Shown here: positions 14,448 to 23,846 of the stretch, piece after piece
Layout of the letters: each line of letters opens with the position of its first letter
Position numbering within the stretch: the stretch's first letter is position 1
NCBI GenBank assembly: GCA_964586975.1
Contig: CAZPJV010000002.1
Coordinates: 1 to 45,218, forward strand
Direction: 5' to 3'
Length of the DNA stretch: 45,218 nt
Origin: an uncultured Candidatus Saccharibacteria bacterium
GTDB lineage: Bacteria; Patescibacteriota; Minisyncoccia; Phycocordibacterales; UBA9973
The notes under the pieces: model-generated
What the model was told of the DNA's origin: nothing
What the model saw: only the letters and a program-made list of their open reading frames with translations
The model's database searches: none
Made by a program: the position numbers and the translations under genes

Positions 14448-16826
14448 TTAACCGTTTTCTCGCTTTTTTCCAAGTGTCATAATGATTTTGAAAACCGTGT
14501 CGGGATTTAAAGACATGCTGTCAATTCCCTGCTCCACTAAAAACTGCGCGAAGTCCGGGTAGTCGGACGGCGCCTGGCCGCAGATGCCGATGTATTTATT
14601 TTTTGCTTTGCATTTTTTTATGACCTCGGCAATTAATTTTTTTACTGAAGCGTCGTTTTCGTTGGCGATATGGGTCACGATGCCGGAATCGCGGTCCAGG
14701 CCGAGGGTCAGCTGGGTCAAGTCGTTGGAGCCGATAGACATACCATCAAAAATTTCTAAAAATTCATCGGCTAGCAAAATATTTGAGGGGATTTCGCACA
14801 TCACGTAGACTTTTAAGCTCGCGTCTCGCGCGCGGTCCAGATTATTTTCTTTCATCACTGCAATAACTTTTCTCCCCTCCTCCGGCGTGCGGCAAAACGG
14901 AATCATCGGCACCACGTTCGTAAAGCCCATCTCCTCGCGGACTTTTTTCATGGCCCTACATTCCAGACCGAAAGCTTGTTTGAATTTCGGGTCGTAATAA
15001 CGCGAAGCGCCCCGCCAGCCGAGCATCGGGTTTTCTTCTTGGGGCTCATATAGTTCTCCGCCGAGTAAAGTGCGATATTCGTTGGTTTTGAAATCGGAAA
15101 ATCTTATAATCACCTCATGCGACGCGAAAGTGGCGGCAATTTTGGCTATACCCATGGCCAGTTGGTCCACGTAAAAATCCGACTTATTTTTATATCCCAA
15201 AGTCAGCGCGTCAACTTTCTTCTTGAGTCCAGGCGGAAGCTTGGCGTAGTCAATCAGGGCATTCGGGTGAACACGCACGTAAGACGCAATAATAAACTCC
15301 AGTCGCCCCAAACCCACGCCTTCCGCCGGCAAAGGATGATTGGCGAAAGCATCGTTTGGCGAACCGATGTTGACCATTATTTTGGTGGGCGGTTTCGTAA
15401 TTTTATCCAAACGGTGTTCGGTTATCTTAAACGGCAAAAGCCCTTCGTAAACCGCGCCTGCAGACGCGTCCACCGTCACTGCCTGGCCGTTCTTAAGCGC
15501 CTTAGTGGTGTTGCCCACCCCCACGATGCAGGGAATGCCGAGCTCGCGAGACACAATGGCCGCGTGCGATGTGCGCCCGCCCTTGTCGGTCACGATGGCG
15601 CTGGCGATTTTCATAATCGGCTCCCAATCCGGGTCGGTAATTTCGGTGACCAGCACTTCTCCCTTTTGGAATTGGGAAATATTTTTAGCGCTTTTCAAAA
15701 TACGAACCTTGCCCGCGCCGATTTTCGCGCCTACCGAGATGCCGCTAACCAAAACTTTGCTTTTTTTCTCCAAACTGTATTCTTTGAGAACATTTTTGTC
15801 TTCGGTGGAACGGACGGTCTCCGGACGCGCCTGCACGATGAAGAGTTCGCCGGTCTGACCGTCTTTGGCCCACTCAATATCCATCGGCTGGTAGTGGCCG
15901 TGTTTCTGGCTGAAATATTTTTCCACTTGGAGACACCAGCTTGCGAGTTTTTTTGCCTCCGCGTCTGCCAGGCAAAATTCTTGCTGGTCCCGGATTGAGA
16001 CTTTTTCCTGCTTGGTGCCGTCTTGGGCGTAAACCAGCTTGATATTTTTTTTACCGAGGGCTTTGCCGATAATGGGATTCTTGCCGTTTTCCAGCGAGGG
16101 TTTAAAGATTATAAACTCGTCCGGAATAACTTTCCCCTGCACGACAAATTCTCCCAAGCCGTAGCTCCCGTCAATTATAATAACTTTGTCAAAACCCGTT
16201 TCCGTATCAATAGTAAAGGCCACGCCCGAAGAAGCCAGGTCGGAGCGCACCATTATCTGCACGCCCACCGAAAGCGCCGCCTCCAAATGAGAAAAGCCTT
16301 TGTCGGCCCGGTAGGAAATTGCGCGGTCGGTAAAAAGCGAAGCGATGCATTTTTTCGTGGCCAGCAAAACATTTTCTATGCCGCGCACGTTTAAATATGT
16401 TTCCTGTTGTCCGGCAAAAGACGCGCCCGGCAGGTCTTCCGCGGTGGCCGAGGAGCGCACTGCCGTATCGCAATTCTTTCGGTATTTTTTTTCCAGCTCC
16501 GCGTAGGCCCGGGCCATAGCCTCCTTCAAATCTTGCGGCAGGCTCGCCAGCAAAATTTCTGCGCGGACTTTTTTCCCGCGGACTTGAAGATTCTTGATAT
16601 TGTGTGTATCCAAATCGGCCAGAATCCCTTTAATCTTTTCGTCCAGCCCAGTTTTTTTGAAAAAATACCGATAGGCATCGGCGGTCAGGGCGAATCCGTC
16701 CGGCACATTCACCCCCAGCGGCACCAGCTTGGAATACATTTCCCCCAGGGCGGCATTTTTGCCGCCCACCAACGGCACATCCGCAATCCCCACCTCGCTA
16801 TACCATCTGATAAAATTATTTTCCAT
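14448..16826 (-). CDS. ppsA: Phosphoenolpyruvate synthase (pyruvate, water dikinase)
   Basis: N-terminus VGGKNAALGEM, phosphohistidine motif GGRTSHAAIVSRELGIPC, and a C-terminal PEP-utilising TIM barrel (GSNDLTQ). Confidence 0.92.
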   Translation of the reverse strand: MENNFIRWYSEVGIADVPLVGGKNAALGEMYSKLVPLGVNVPDGFALTADAYRYFFKKTGLDEKIKGILADLDTHNIKNLQVRGKKVRAEILLASLPQDLKEAMARAYAELEKKYRKNCDTAVRSSATAEDLPGASFAGQQETYLNVRGIENVLLATKKCIASLFTDRAISYRADKGFSHLEAALSVGVQIMVRSDLASSGVAFTIDTETGFDKVIIIDGSYGLGEFVVQGKVIPDEFIIFKPSLENGKNPIIGKALGKKNIKLVYAQDGTKQEKVSIRDQQEFCLADAEAKKLASWCLQVEKYFSQKHGHYQPMDIEWAKDGQTGELFIVQARPETVRSTEDKNVLKEYSLEKKSKVLVSGISVGAKIGAGKVRILKSAKNISQFQKGEVLVTEITDPDWEPIMKIASAIVTDKGGRTSHAAIVSRELGIPCIVGVGNTTKALKNGQAVTVDASAGAVYEGLLPFKITEHRLDKITKPPTKIMVNIGSPNDAFANHPLPAEGVGLGRLEFIIASYVRVHPNALIDYAKLPPGLKKKVDALTLGYKNKSDFYVDQLAMGIAKIAATFASHEVIIRFSDFKTNEYRTLLGGELYEPQEENPMLGWRGASRYYDPKFKQAFGLECRAMKKVREEMGFTNVVPMIPFCRTPEEGRKVIAVMKENNLDRARDASLKVYVMCEIPSNILLADEFLEIFDGMSIGSNDLTQLTLGLDRDSGIVTHIANENDASVKKLIAEVIKKCKAKNKYIGICGQAPSDYPDFAQFLVEQGIDSMSLNPDTVFKIIMTLGKKRENG

Positions 16827-18018
16827 ATATTTTTTCCAACCTTTTATATTTTACCATTCTTTCGGGTTTGGACGGCGCGCCGGCCTTGAGCCCGAAACAG
16901 CCGAAAGCGCAGGCTAGGTCGGCAATAAAGTCGTCCTCGGTTTCCCCGCTGCGGTGGCTGACAATCAGCTCAATGTCGTTTTCTCTGGCGAGTTTCATCG
17001 CCTCCAGTGTCTCGGACAGGGTGCCAATCTGATTTGGCTTGACTATCATCGCGTTAATACTGCTTCGCTCTGCCGCCTGCCGAAGCAATTTAACATTGGT
17101 TACCGTCAAGTCATCGCCCACGACCAAAGTGTTCTTAAATTCTGCAAGTTTTTGGAAGCTTTCAAAATCGGTTTCCTCAAACGGATCTTCAATGGAAAGA
17201 AGGTTAAATTCTTTTACCAACGATTGATATATATCCAACAACTCCTGCCGGGAAACTTTTTTTCCCGCAATTTCGTAAGCCCCGTTGTCGTAAAAAGAAG
17301 TGGCGGCGACATCCAGCGCTAGCCGCACTTGCCCTGCCAGCCCATTTTGTTTTATGGCTTCGCGCAGAAGATAAAGCGGTTCTTCTATGTCGCTTGTCTG
17401 TGGCGCAAAACCGCCCTCGTCGCCGAAACGGACGCCGTCTGGACCGAATTTTTTGATTAGAATCTCCTTAAGCGTGTTTTGAATGCTGGTGCCCATTTCC
17501 ACCGCCTCTTCGGCATTTAGAGTCTCCGGGACAATCATATATTCTTGGAACGCCAAGCTGTTTTTCGCATGCTTGCCGCCGTTAATCAGATTCATATAAA
17601 GGTACGGCGTTTTGCGAGACGTTTTTATTTCGGAAAGCGTCCGCAGGTATTTGTAAGTTTCCTGGCCACTGACTTTGGCCCCGGCTTTGGCGCAGGCCAC
17701 ACTAACGCCAATCACAGCGTTGCCGCCCAAATTGCTTTTATTTTCCGTGCCATCCAGTTTTAGCATCAACTCGTCAATTTCTTTTTGTTCAAAAATATTT
17801 TTGCCGACTAAAGCCGGCGCAATTACCTTATTCACTTTTTCAATCGCTGCTTGGGCCGGAATCGTTCCCGCTTCATTCGCACCGGTAGATGCGCCGGAGG
17901 GCACGCTGAAACTACCAGATTTATCTCCGGTCCATATCGTTACCTTTAATGTGGGATTGCCCCGCGAATCGCTTATCTCTTCGGCGACGATTTTTGTTAT
18001 CGGATAATCATTGGCCAC
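16816..18018 (-). CDS. eno: Enolase (short form, GTG start)
   Basis: SRGNPTLKV...VPSGASTG.EA, DDLTVTN, IKPNQIGTLSET and SHRSGETED motifs. It overlaps the ppsA start by 11 nt. Confidence 0.9.
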   Translation of the reverse strand: MANDYPITKIVAEEISDSRGNPTLKVTIWTGDKSGSFSVPSGASTGANEAGTIPAQAAIEKVNKVIAPALVGKNIFEQKEIDELMLKLDGTENKSNLGGNAVIGVSVACAKAGAKVSGQETYKYLRTLSEIKTSRKTPYLYMNLINGGKHAKNSLAFQEYMIVPETLNAEEAVEMGTSIQNTLKEILIKKFGPDGVRFGDEGGFAPQTSDIEEPLYLLREAIKQNGLAGQVRLALDVAATSFYDNGAYEIAGKKVSRQELLDIYQSLVKEFNLLSIEDPFEETDFESFQKLAEFKNTLVVGDDLTVTNVKLLRQAAERSSINAMIVKPNQIGTLSETLEAMKLARENDIELIVSHRSGETEDDFIADLACAFGCFGLKAGAPSKPERMVKYKRLEKIYGK

Positions 18019-18058
18019 GCTTCTTATTTTACCATATTTTTGCTAGGATTAATACGCC

Positions 18059-19156
18059 ATGAACGGAATTGTCCGAGCCCGAAATTTCATAATGCAAAAA
18101 AAATACCGGTGGATTTTGAAGCCAATTTTTTTCAGGATTGACCCGGAAACTATCCACGACCGCATGTCTGCCTTCCTGCATTTTTTGGGAAAATTCGCCC
18201 TGACCCGCAAAATAGCTTATGTTTGCTGGGGTTTCAGGGATACGGCCCTGGAACAAAATATTCTAGGCATAAAATTCAAAAACCCGGTGGGCCTTTCGGC
18301 GGGATTTGACAAAAACGCGGAAATGATAAACATAATGCCCTCGCTCGGTTTCGGATTTACGGAAGTCGGTTCCATCACCGAGAAATCTTATGATGGAAAT
18401 AAAAAACCGCGCTTGTATCGCTTGCCCTTGTATAAAACTTTACGTGTGAATTACGGCCTTAAAAATTTGGGCGCCGAAACAGTACACCGGCAGTTGCAAG
18501 ATAAGACTTGGGCTATACCCGTAGGTATAAGCATTGCCAAAACCAATGTTCCGAAAACTTCGGAAGTCAATACAGGAATTAAGGATTACTTTTTCACTTA
18601 TAAAATTTTTCAGGACACAAGTAATTACTTCACTATAAACATTAGCTGTCCAAATACCTGTGAAGAGAAACCCATTTTTGCCGAACCGGAAAATCTTGAT
18701 TTATTATTAATAAAAATTTTCTCTATTCCGAAAACTAAACCGGTTTTTATAAAACTTTCGCCAGATCTGCCGGAAACGCAGTTAAATAAGATTTTAGAAA
18801 TCTGCGGAAAATATCCGGTGGACGGTTTTATTTGCACAAATTTGACAAAAGTAAATTTATTCAATCACGCCGGTTATGGCGGATTTTCTGGCAAGGCGGT
18901 AGCGGAACTATCAAATAACACCATAAGAAAAGTTTATAAATTCTTTGGTGGTCAAAAAATTATTATCGGTTCCGGCGGAATTTTCAGCGCCGCAGATGCC
19001 TACCGGAAAATAAAAGCCGGCGCCTCGCTGGTCCAGCTGATAACCGGCATGATTTACGAGGGGCCTCAATTAATCAGCGACATTAATCTGGAGCTCGTTA
19101 AACTCCTCAAGCAAGACGGCTATAACAATATCTCCGAGGCCGTGGGTCGGGAATAA
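18059..19156 (+). CDS. pyrD: Dihydroorotate dehydrogenase (quinone), class 2
   Basis: FRIDPETIHD N-terminal helix, NPVGLSAGFDKN, and a GGFSG...GSGGI FMN-binding end. The probable true start is MQKKYRW at 18092. Confidence 0.85.
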   Translation: MNGIVRARNFIMQKKYRWILKPIFFRIDPETIHDRMSAFLHFLGKFALTRKIAYVCWGFRDTALEQNILGIKFKNPVGLSAGFDKNAEMINIMPSLGFGFTEVGSITEKSYDGNKKPRLYRLPLYKTLRVNYGLKNLGAETVHRQLQDKTWAIPVGISIAKTNVPKTSEVNTGIKDYFFTYKIFQDTSNYFTINISCPNTCEEKPIFAEPENLDLLLIKIFSIPKTKPVFIKLSPDLPETQLNKILEICGKYPVDGFICTNLTKVNLFNHAGYGGFSGKAVAELSNNTIRKVYKFFGGQKIIIGSGGIFSAADAYRKIKAGASLVQLITGMIYEGPQLISDINLELVKLLKQDGYNNISEAVGRE

Positions 19157-19163
19157 AATTTCC

Positions 19164-20438
19164 CTAGAGATTCTTGGTGAGCAAGAGAAAAAGATCGGCA
19201 ACGTTGGCGCCGGTGGGGCCGGTCATAATTATGTCGCCCGTTTTTTGGAAAAAATCGTAAGAGTTAAAACCATTTTGATAAACTTCGCCGTCCAGTTCCA
19301 AGCTCCGCATTTTTTGCACAGTGTTTTCGTCCACGATAGCGCCAGCCGCATCGCTGTTATCCAGACCGTCGGAAGCCAGAGTAACGAAAACAGAATCCGG
19401 GGCGAGCTTGTTCATAGTCAGCGCCATGAGCGCTAGGTGGAGATTCCGGCCGCCCCGGCCGTGGCGCTCAGGAATTTTGAGTTTGAGTTCGCCCGCCGTG
19501 ATTACCGCAGTATTGTCCTTTTTCGCAGAGAAAATTTTTTCAATCGCCACACTCATTTCATCATAAAGCTCGGTAGAAATAATCTCGGCGTTCAGACCCA
19601 GTTCCCGCGCCTTGGCGGCCATGGCACTAGACGCAGTTTTGTTGGAAATTAGCACAAAATTCTTGACCTTCTCAAAATACTTGGCGTCCTTGGGAGTTTC
19701 CATAAGCTCAAAACCAGGCAATTGATTTTCTTTAATAATTTTTTCCGCGTCGCCTATGGTCGTCTCATCTCTGTAAGTAGGTCCGGACGCCACGTCCCAG
19801 AATTTATCCCCGGGCACGTCCGAAAAAATGAGCCCGACGAGGGTGGCCGGATAGGCAATTTTCGCCAGCCCGCCGCCTTTCAAGATAGACAGGTGCTTCC
19901 TGACGGTGTTGAGTTCGCTAATAGTTCTGCCGGTTTTTAAGAACGATTCGTAGAGCTTTATCCCTTGCTCGCGTTCCTTTTCCGAACTGCAAAGCAGGGC
20001 CGACCCGCCACCGGAAACAACCGCGATAACCAGGTCCGTCTCCTCGGAATTTTTGGCGATAGCGTATATTTTCTCCCCCGCCTGAATGTTCACCCGGCTT
20101 GGTTTCGGATGCGTACCGGCAAAAGTTTCAATAAATTCACACTGCACTTTATCTAACCCGACCACCGCGCCTTCCTTTATTTTAGGGCCCAAAATTTTTT
20201 CCAGGGCCGCCGCCGCGGGGCAGGAAGCTTTGCCAAAGCCGACAACTTTTATATTTTTAAACTTAGATAAATCAAAGCTCGCGTCTTGCACCCTTAAAAT
20301 ATCTTTGTCCAGCGACACGGAGCGCCGGATGACTCTTGCGGTATCTAGAGCATCCAGACCTGCCGCCGCCACCAGCAAGGCCAGCCTGCGATTGTCCGTC
20401 GTTGCCAACTGCTCGAAATTTTTTATTCTGTTTTCCAT
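19164..20438 (-). CDS. Glycerate 2-kinase (DUF4147/MOFRL family, TtuD-like)
   Basis: SGGGSALL, LASDGLDNSDAAGA and TGPTGANVADL motifs characteristic of MOFRL glycerate kinases. Confidence 0.75.
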   Translation of the reverse strand: MENRIKNFEQLATTDNRRLALLVAAAGLDALDTARVIRRSVSLDKDILRVQDASFDLSKFKNIKVVGFGKASCPAAAALEKILGPKIKEGAVVGLDKVQCEFIETFAGTHPKPSRVNIQAGEKIYAIAKNSEETDLVIAVVSGGGSALLCSSEKEREQGIKLYESFLKTGRTISELNTVRKHLSILKGGGLAKIAYPATLVGLIFSDVPGDKFWDVASGPTYRDETTIGDAEKIIKENQLPGFELMETPKDAKYFEKVKNFVLISNKTASSAMAAKARELGLNAEIISTELYDEMSVAIEKIFSAKKDNTAVITAGELKLKIPERHGRGGRNLHLALMALTMNKLAPDSVFVTLASDGLDNSDAAGAIVDENTVQKMRSLELDGEVYQNGFNSYDFFQKTGDIIMTGPTGANVADLFLLLTKNL

Positions 20439-20444
20439 ATCGGG

Positions 20445-21416
20445 CTAAACCAAATTCACAGGACGACCTTCCATAAAACCCTTTATGTTCCCGACGGTAA
20501 TTTTGGCTATTTCCGCCACCGCTTCGCGGGAATAAAAGGCGCTGTGCGGCGTGATAATAACATTCGGCATACGCATCAACTCCCGATTAAGCTCGCAGAT
20601 TTTTGTCGTCCCCCCCTTTTTTAATTCGCTTTCTTCTTCCAGCACATCCAGGCCGGCACCCGCTATTCTTTCCTCTTTCAGCGCCCCAACCAACGCCTCG
20701 GTATCCACCAATTCTCCGCGCGCGGTATTTATGAGATAAGCTCCTTTTTTCATCAGAGCTATATTATCCTTATGGAGCAGGTGGTGGTTTTCTTTGTTGT
20801 AAGGAATATGCAGAGTGACAATATCCGATGCCGCCAATATAACATCCAGGGGCACGTAAGAAAAATCGTGCGCTTGGGCAAATTCATCATTGGGATATAG
20901 GTCGCAGGCGATAACCTTCATGCCGAATCCTTTGGCGGCCTTGACTACATTCTTCCCAATTCGGCCGGTGCCTATCACGCCCAAAGTTTTACCGTGCAAG
21001 TCAAACCCTTCCATAGAATCGTTGTAATGGAAATCAAGTGAATTTTTGACATAACCGCTCGCCAGGGCAATTTTTCGGGAAAGGTTAAGCAAAAGTCCGA
21101 AAGTAAATTCTGCCACGGTGAAAGCACCGTAAGCGGGAACAGTTGCAACCGAGATGCCTTTGCTTTTCGCATATTCAATATCTACGTGGTTATAGCCGGT
21201 GGAACGCGTAGCAATAAATTTTAATTTCGGCATGGTGTCGATGGCTTTTTGATTTACGGTTGAGTCCACGAAAAGGCAGACAATGTCCGCTTCTCTGCCC
21301 TTATCCGCTGTATCTTCGTTCAATATTTCATCTACAAACATAACCTCCGAACCCTCAAAGGCAGTCCGGAACGGCGCCCGCTTGTCCGGATCCACGCCAA
21401 AAAATACTATTTTCAT
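20445..21416 (-). CDS. D-isomer-specific 2-hydroxyacid dehydrogenase (hydroxypyruvate/glycerate or lactate dehydrogenase-like)
   Basis: NAD motif GVIGTGRIGKNV, then the catalytic R (NTARG), E and H (PHSAF) pattern. Confidence 0.85.
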   Translation of the reverse strand: MKIVFFGVDPDKRAPFRTAFEGSEVMFVDEILNEDTADKGREADIVCLFVDSTVNQKAIDTMPKLKFIATRSTGYNHVDIEYAKSKGISVATVPAYGAFTVAEFTFGLLLNLSRKIALASGYVKNSLDFHYNDSMEGFDLHGKTLGVIGTGRIGKNVVKAAKGFGMKVIACDLYPNDEFAQAHDFSYVPLDVILAASDIVTLHIPYNKENHHLLHKDNIALMKKGAYLINTARGELVDTEALVGALKEERIAGAGLDVLEEESELKKGGTTKICELNRELMRMPNVIITPHSAFYSREAVAEIAKITVGNIKGFMEGRPVNLV

Positions 21417-21430
21417 TAGTATAGTATAAC

Positions 21431-21808
21431 TTATTTAAACCAATTCTCAAAGAAAGATAGAAACCCCCGGAGAGCGCCCGGTCGCGGTTCCGGGGTTGGG
21501 GATTTGTCGGCAACGATAATGATGACCTCCTCGCCTTCCTTGGCCAGGCCGAAGTTCTCCCGCACGAATTCTTCCTTGCCGCGGTCGGTTGCAAGTTCTT
21601 CTAGGTCAGCCAGTAAAGTCTCCTGCTGTTCCTTGAGGGCCAGAACTTTGTCGGCCACTATCTCTTTATTCCTGCTGGTTTCCGCCATTTTATTCCAAAA
21701 GCGCAACACGCTCCCGGTAAAGATAAGGATGACAATGCCGAGGAGCGCGAGCACCGGTTTTGACTCCATTAAGCTACCCCTTGTTCGGTTAGGATTATAG
21801 TTTTTCAC
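21431..21808 (-). CDS. Septum formation initiator (FtsB/DivIC-like)
   Basis: Single N-terminal TM helix, then a coiled coil (LALKEQQETLLADLEELATD) and the family tail EEFVRENFGLAKEGEEVI. Confidence 0.7.
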   Translation of the reverse strand: MKNYNPNRTRGSLMESKPVLALLGIVILIFTGSVLRFWNKMAETSRNKEIVADKVLALKEQQETLLADLEELATDRGKEEFVRENFGLAKEGEEVIIIVADKSPTPEPRPGALRGFLSFFENWFK

Positions 21809-21834
21809 AGCACCTTATGTTATAATACCATTGT

Positions 21835-21942
21835 ATGCTTTTCAATAAAAAACATCAAAAGAAAATTCAGGTTGTCTGGGCAGTGCTGTCCGTCCTGATT
21901 ATAGTCTCAATGATTCTGCTCTACGCGCCCATCTTCCGCTAA
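21835..21942 (+). CDS. Possible 35-aa membrane micro-protein (not in ORF track)
   Basis: MLFNKKHQKKIQVVWAVLSVLIIVSMILLYAPIFR has a basic N-terminus followed by one TM helix. An extended -10 TGtTATAAT (21818-21826) lies 8 nt upstream of the ATG. Confidence 0.35.
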   Translation: MLFNKKHQKKIQVVWAVLSVLIIVSMILLYAPIFR

Positions 21943-23789
21943 CGATTCTGGGAACGCATCATTTTGAGAAATACGTCTTGGGGAATATTTATTTTGCCCT
22001 TGGCTTTCATGCGAGCCTTGCCCCTCTTCTGCTTTTCCAAAAGTTTTTTCTTGCGGCTGACATCGCCGCCGCCGACTACTTTGGAACCATGCATCAGCAC
22101 ATCTTTGCGGAAGGCGGCAACAGTTTCCGAGGCGATTATCCGGCCCAAGGCTTTGCCCTGAACTTTGAAGGCGAATTGTTGTCTCGGAATCACTTTTTGC
22201 AGCCGTTCCACCTGGGCTCGGGCTTCTTCTTCCACTCTGCGCCGCGAAATTATCCGGCAGAATGCCGGCATGGGTTCGTCTGCTACCAGAATGTCCAGCC
22301 GCGCCACATCCGCTTCTTTATACTCAGCCAGTTCGTACGCAATGGAAGCATAACCGGAAGTTATGCTTTTTAAGTCATCAAAAAAATTGCGCATCAGCTC
22401 CCGGAGCGGCATTTCCAGGCTGATGGACGAGCGGTTATCGCCGAAGTTCTCGGCGGTGTGAACTATCGCCTCGTGGTCAAACAGAAAAGGCATCAGCAGG
22501 CTGGCGTAGGTTTGCGGAGTAATTATTTTTACTTTGACCCACGGCTCGTAGACCCTGCCAATCTGTCCGTCTTCGGGGAAAAAGTGCGGGGAATAAATTA
22601 TTTCCTCCTTCCCGTTTTTTAATATCACTTTATAATTTATGGAAGGTGTAGTTATCACCAAACGCATATTAAATTCTCTCTTCAGGCGCTCGGTAATTAT
22701 TTCCAGATGGAGCATTCCTAAAAATCCGCAACGAAAACCTTTGCCTAAGGCTCCGGAAGATTCTTCTTCATAAGAAAACGCCGAGTCCGACAGCCGCAGT
22801 TTGCCCAAAGCCAATTTGAGAGACGGAAAATCGTCGGCGTCTTCGGGATATACGGACGCCCAGACTACGGGCTTGGGATTCAGGTAGCCGGGCAGAGCGG
22901 GAGCAGGTTTTTTATTTAAAGTTATGGTATCGCCCACCGAAGCGATACCGGGCTTCCTGATGCCGGTAACGATATAGCCTATCTCGCCGGCGGTTATGGA
23001 ATTTTTGGGAGATTCAACCGGCGCAAACACACCCACTTCCAGGGCAATGAATTTTTCTCCCGAAACGGCGAAGACCAGCGCGTCGCCCTTTTTTATTTCC
23101 CCGCCGAAGACCCGCACATAGACAATCACTCCGCGATGATTGTCATATTTGAAATCAAAAACGAGCGCTTGTACCCCTTCCTGTCCTCCCCCTACGTAGG
23201 GGGAGGTGCCCTGAGTTTGTCGAAGGGCGGAGGGGGTAGGCGGCGGCACTTTTTCAATAATTTTCCCGAGCAGATTTTCCACACCTTCGCCTGTCTTGCC
23301 GGAAACTTCCAGAACCGCGTCCGGGTCTAGGTTGAGAAGCACCGCCGCTTCCATTTTAACTTCCTCAATTCTTGCGAGCGGCGAATCAATTTTAGACACC
23401 ACCGGTATTATTTTCAGTCCATTGTCCTGCGCCATTTGGAGCGTAGTCAGTGTCTGCGCCTGCACGCCTTGAGTAGAATCCACCAGTAGAATGGAACCCT
23501 CCACCGCCTTGAGCGCGCGGGAAACCTCGTAAGAGAAATCTATGTGGCCGGGAGTGTCTATCAGGTTAAGCACGTATGCTTCACCGCCTATTTCATACTC
23601 CATGCGAACGGGTTGCATTTTTATGGTAATGCCCCGCTCCCGTTCCAGCTCCATGGAGTCCAGCACCTGCTCGCGCATTTTGCGGGCTTCAATGGTATGC
23701 GTAATTTCCAGCAGGCGGTCCGCTAGGGTGGATTTCCCGTGGTCAATATGCGCGATGATACTAAAGTTGCGTATGTTTTCTAATTTCAT
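21939..23789 (-). CDS. lepA: Elongation factor 4 (LepA), with an in-frame insertion of about 20 aa
   Basis: G motifs AHIDHGKST, DTPGH and SKID, plus the LepA C-terminal domain. It has extra residues SALRQTQGTSPYVGGGQEG between PPP and the LQAL(V/I)FD segment. Confidence 0.92.
   Translation of the reverse strand: MKLENIRNFSIIAHIDHGKSTLADRLLEITHTIEARKMREQVLDSMELERERGITIKMQPVRMEYEIGGEAYVLNLIDTPGHIDFSYEVSRALKAVEGSILLVDSTQGVQAQTLTTLQMAQDNGLKIIPVVSKIDSPLARIEEVKMEAAVLLNLDPDAVLEVSGKTGEGVENLLGKIIEKVPPPTPSALRQTQGTSPYVGGGQEGVQALVFDFKYDNHRGVIVYVRVFGGEIKKGDALVFAVSGEKFIALEVGVFAPVESPKNSITAGEIGYIVTGIRKPGIASVGDTITLNKKPAPALPGYLNPKPVVWASVYPEDADDFPSLKLALGKLRLSDSAFSYEEESSGALGKGFRCGFLGMLHLEIITERLKREFNMRLVITTPSINYKVILKNGKEEIIYSPHFFPEDGQIGRVYEPWVKVKIITPQTYASLLMPFLFDHEAIVHTAENFGDNRSSISLEMPLRELMRNFFDDLKSITSGYASIAYELAEYKEADVARLDILVADEPMPAFCRIISRRRVEEEARAQVERLQKVIPRQQFAFKVQGKALGRIIASETVAAFRKDVLMHGSKVVGGGDVSRKKKLLEKQKRGKARMKAKGKINIPQDVFLKMMRSQNR
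23173..23240. repeat. TIR-family palindromic element, in frame in lepA
   Basis: The left arm ACCCCTTCCTGTCCTCCCC closely matches the leuS copy (ACCCCTCCCTGTCCCTCCCC at 29817). The right arm is GGAGGGGGTAGG. The core contains the perfect 22-nt palindrome CCTCCCCCTACGTAGGGGGAGG (23185-23206). Confidence 0.7.
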
Positions 23790-23795
23790 AAATTT

Positions 23796-23846
23796 ACCTC
23801 ACCCCTTCGCCCCTCTCCTTAATAAGGAGAGGGGTTGGGGAGAGGT
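23796..23846. repeat. TIR-family palindromic element, intergenic single-hairpin copy
   Basis: ACCTCACCCCTTCG-CCCCTCTCCTT-AAT-AAGGAGAGGGG-TTGGGGAGAGGT. It fills the gap between the ABC gene stop and the lepA start. Confidence 0.8.
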
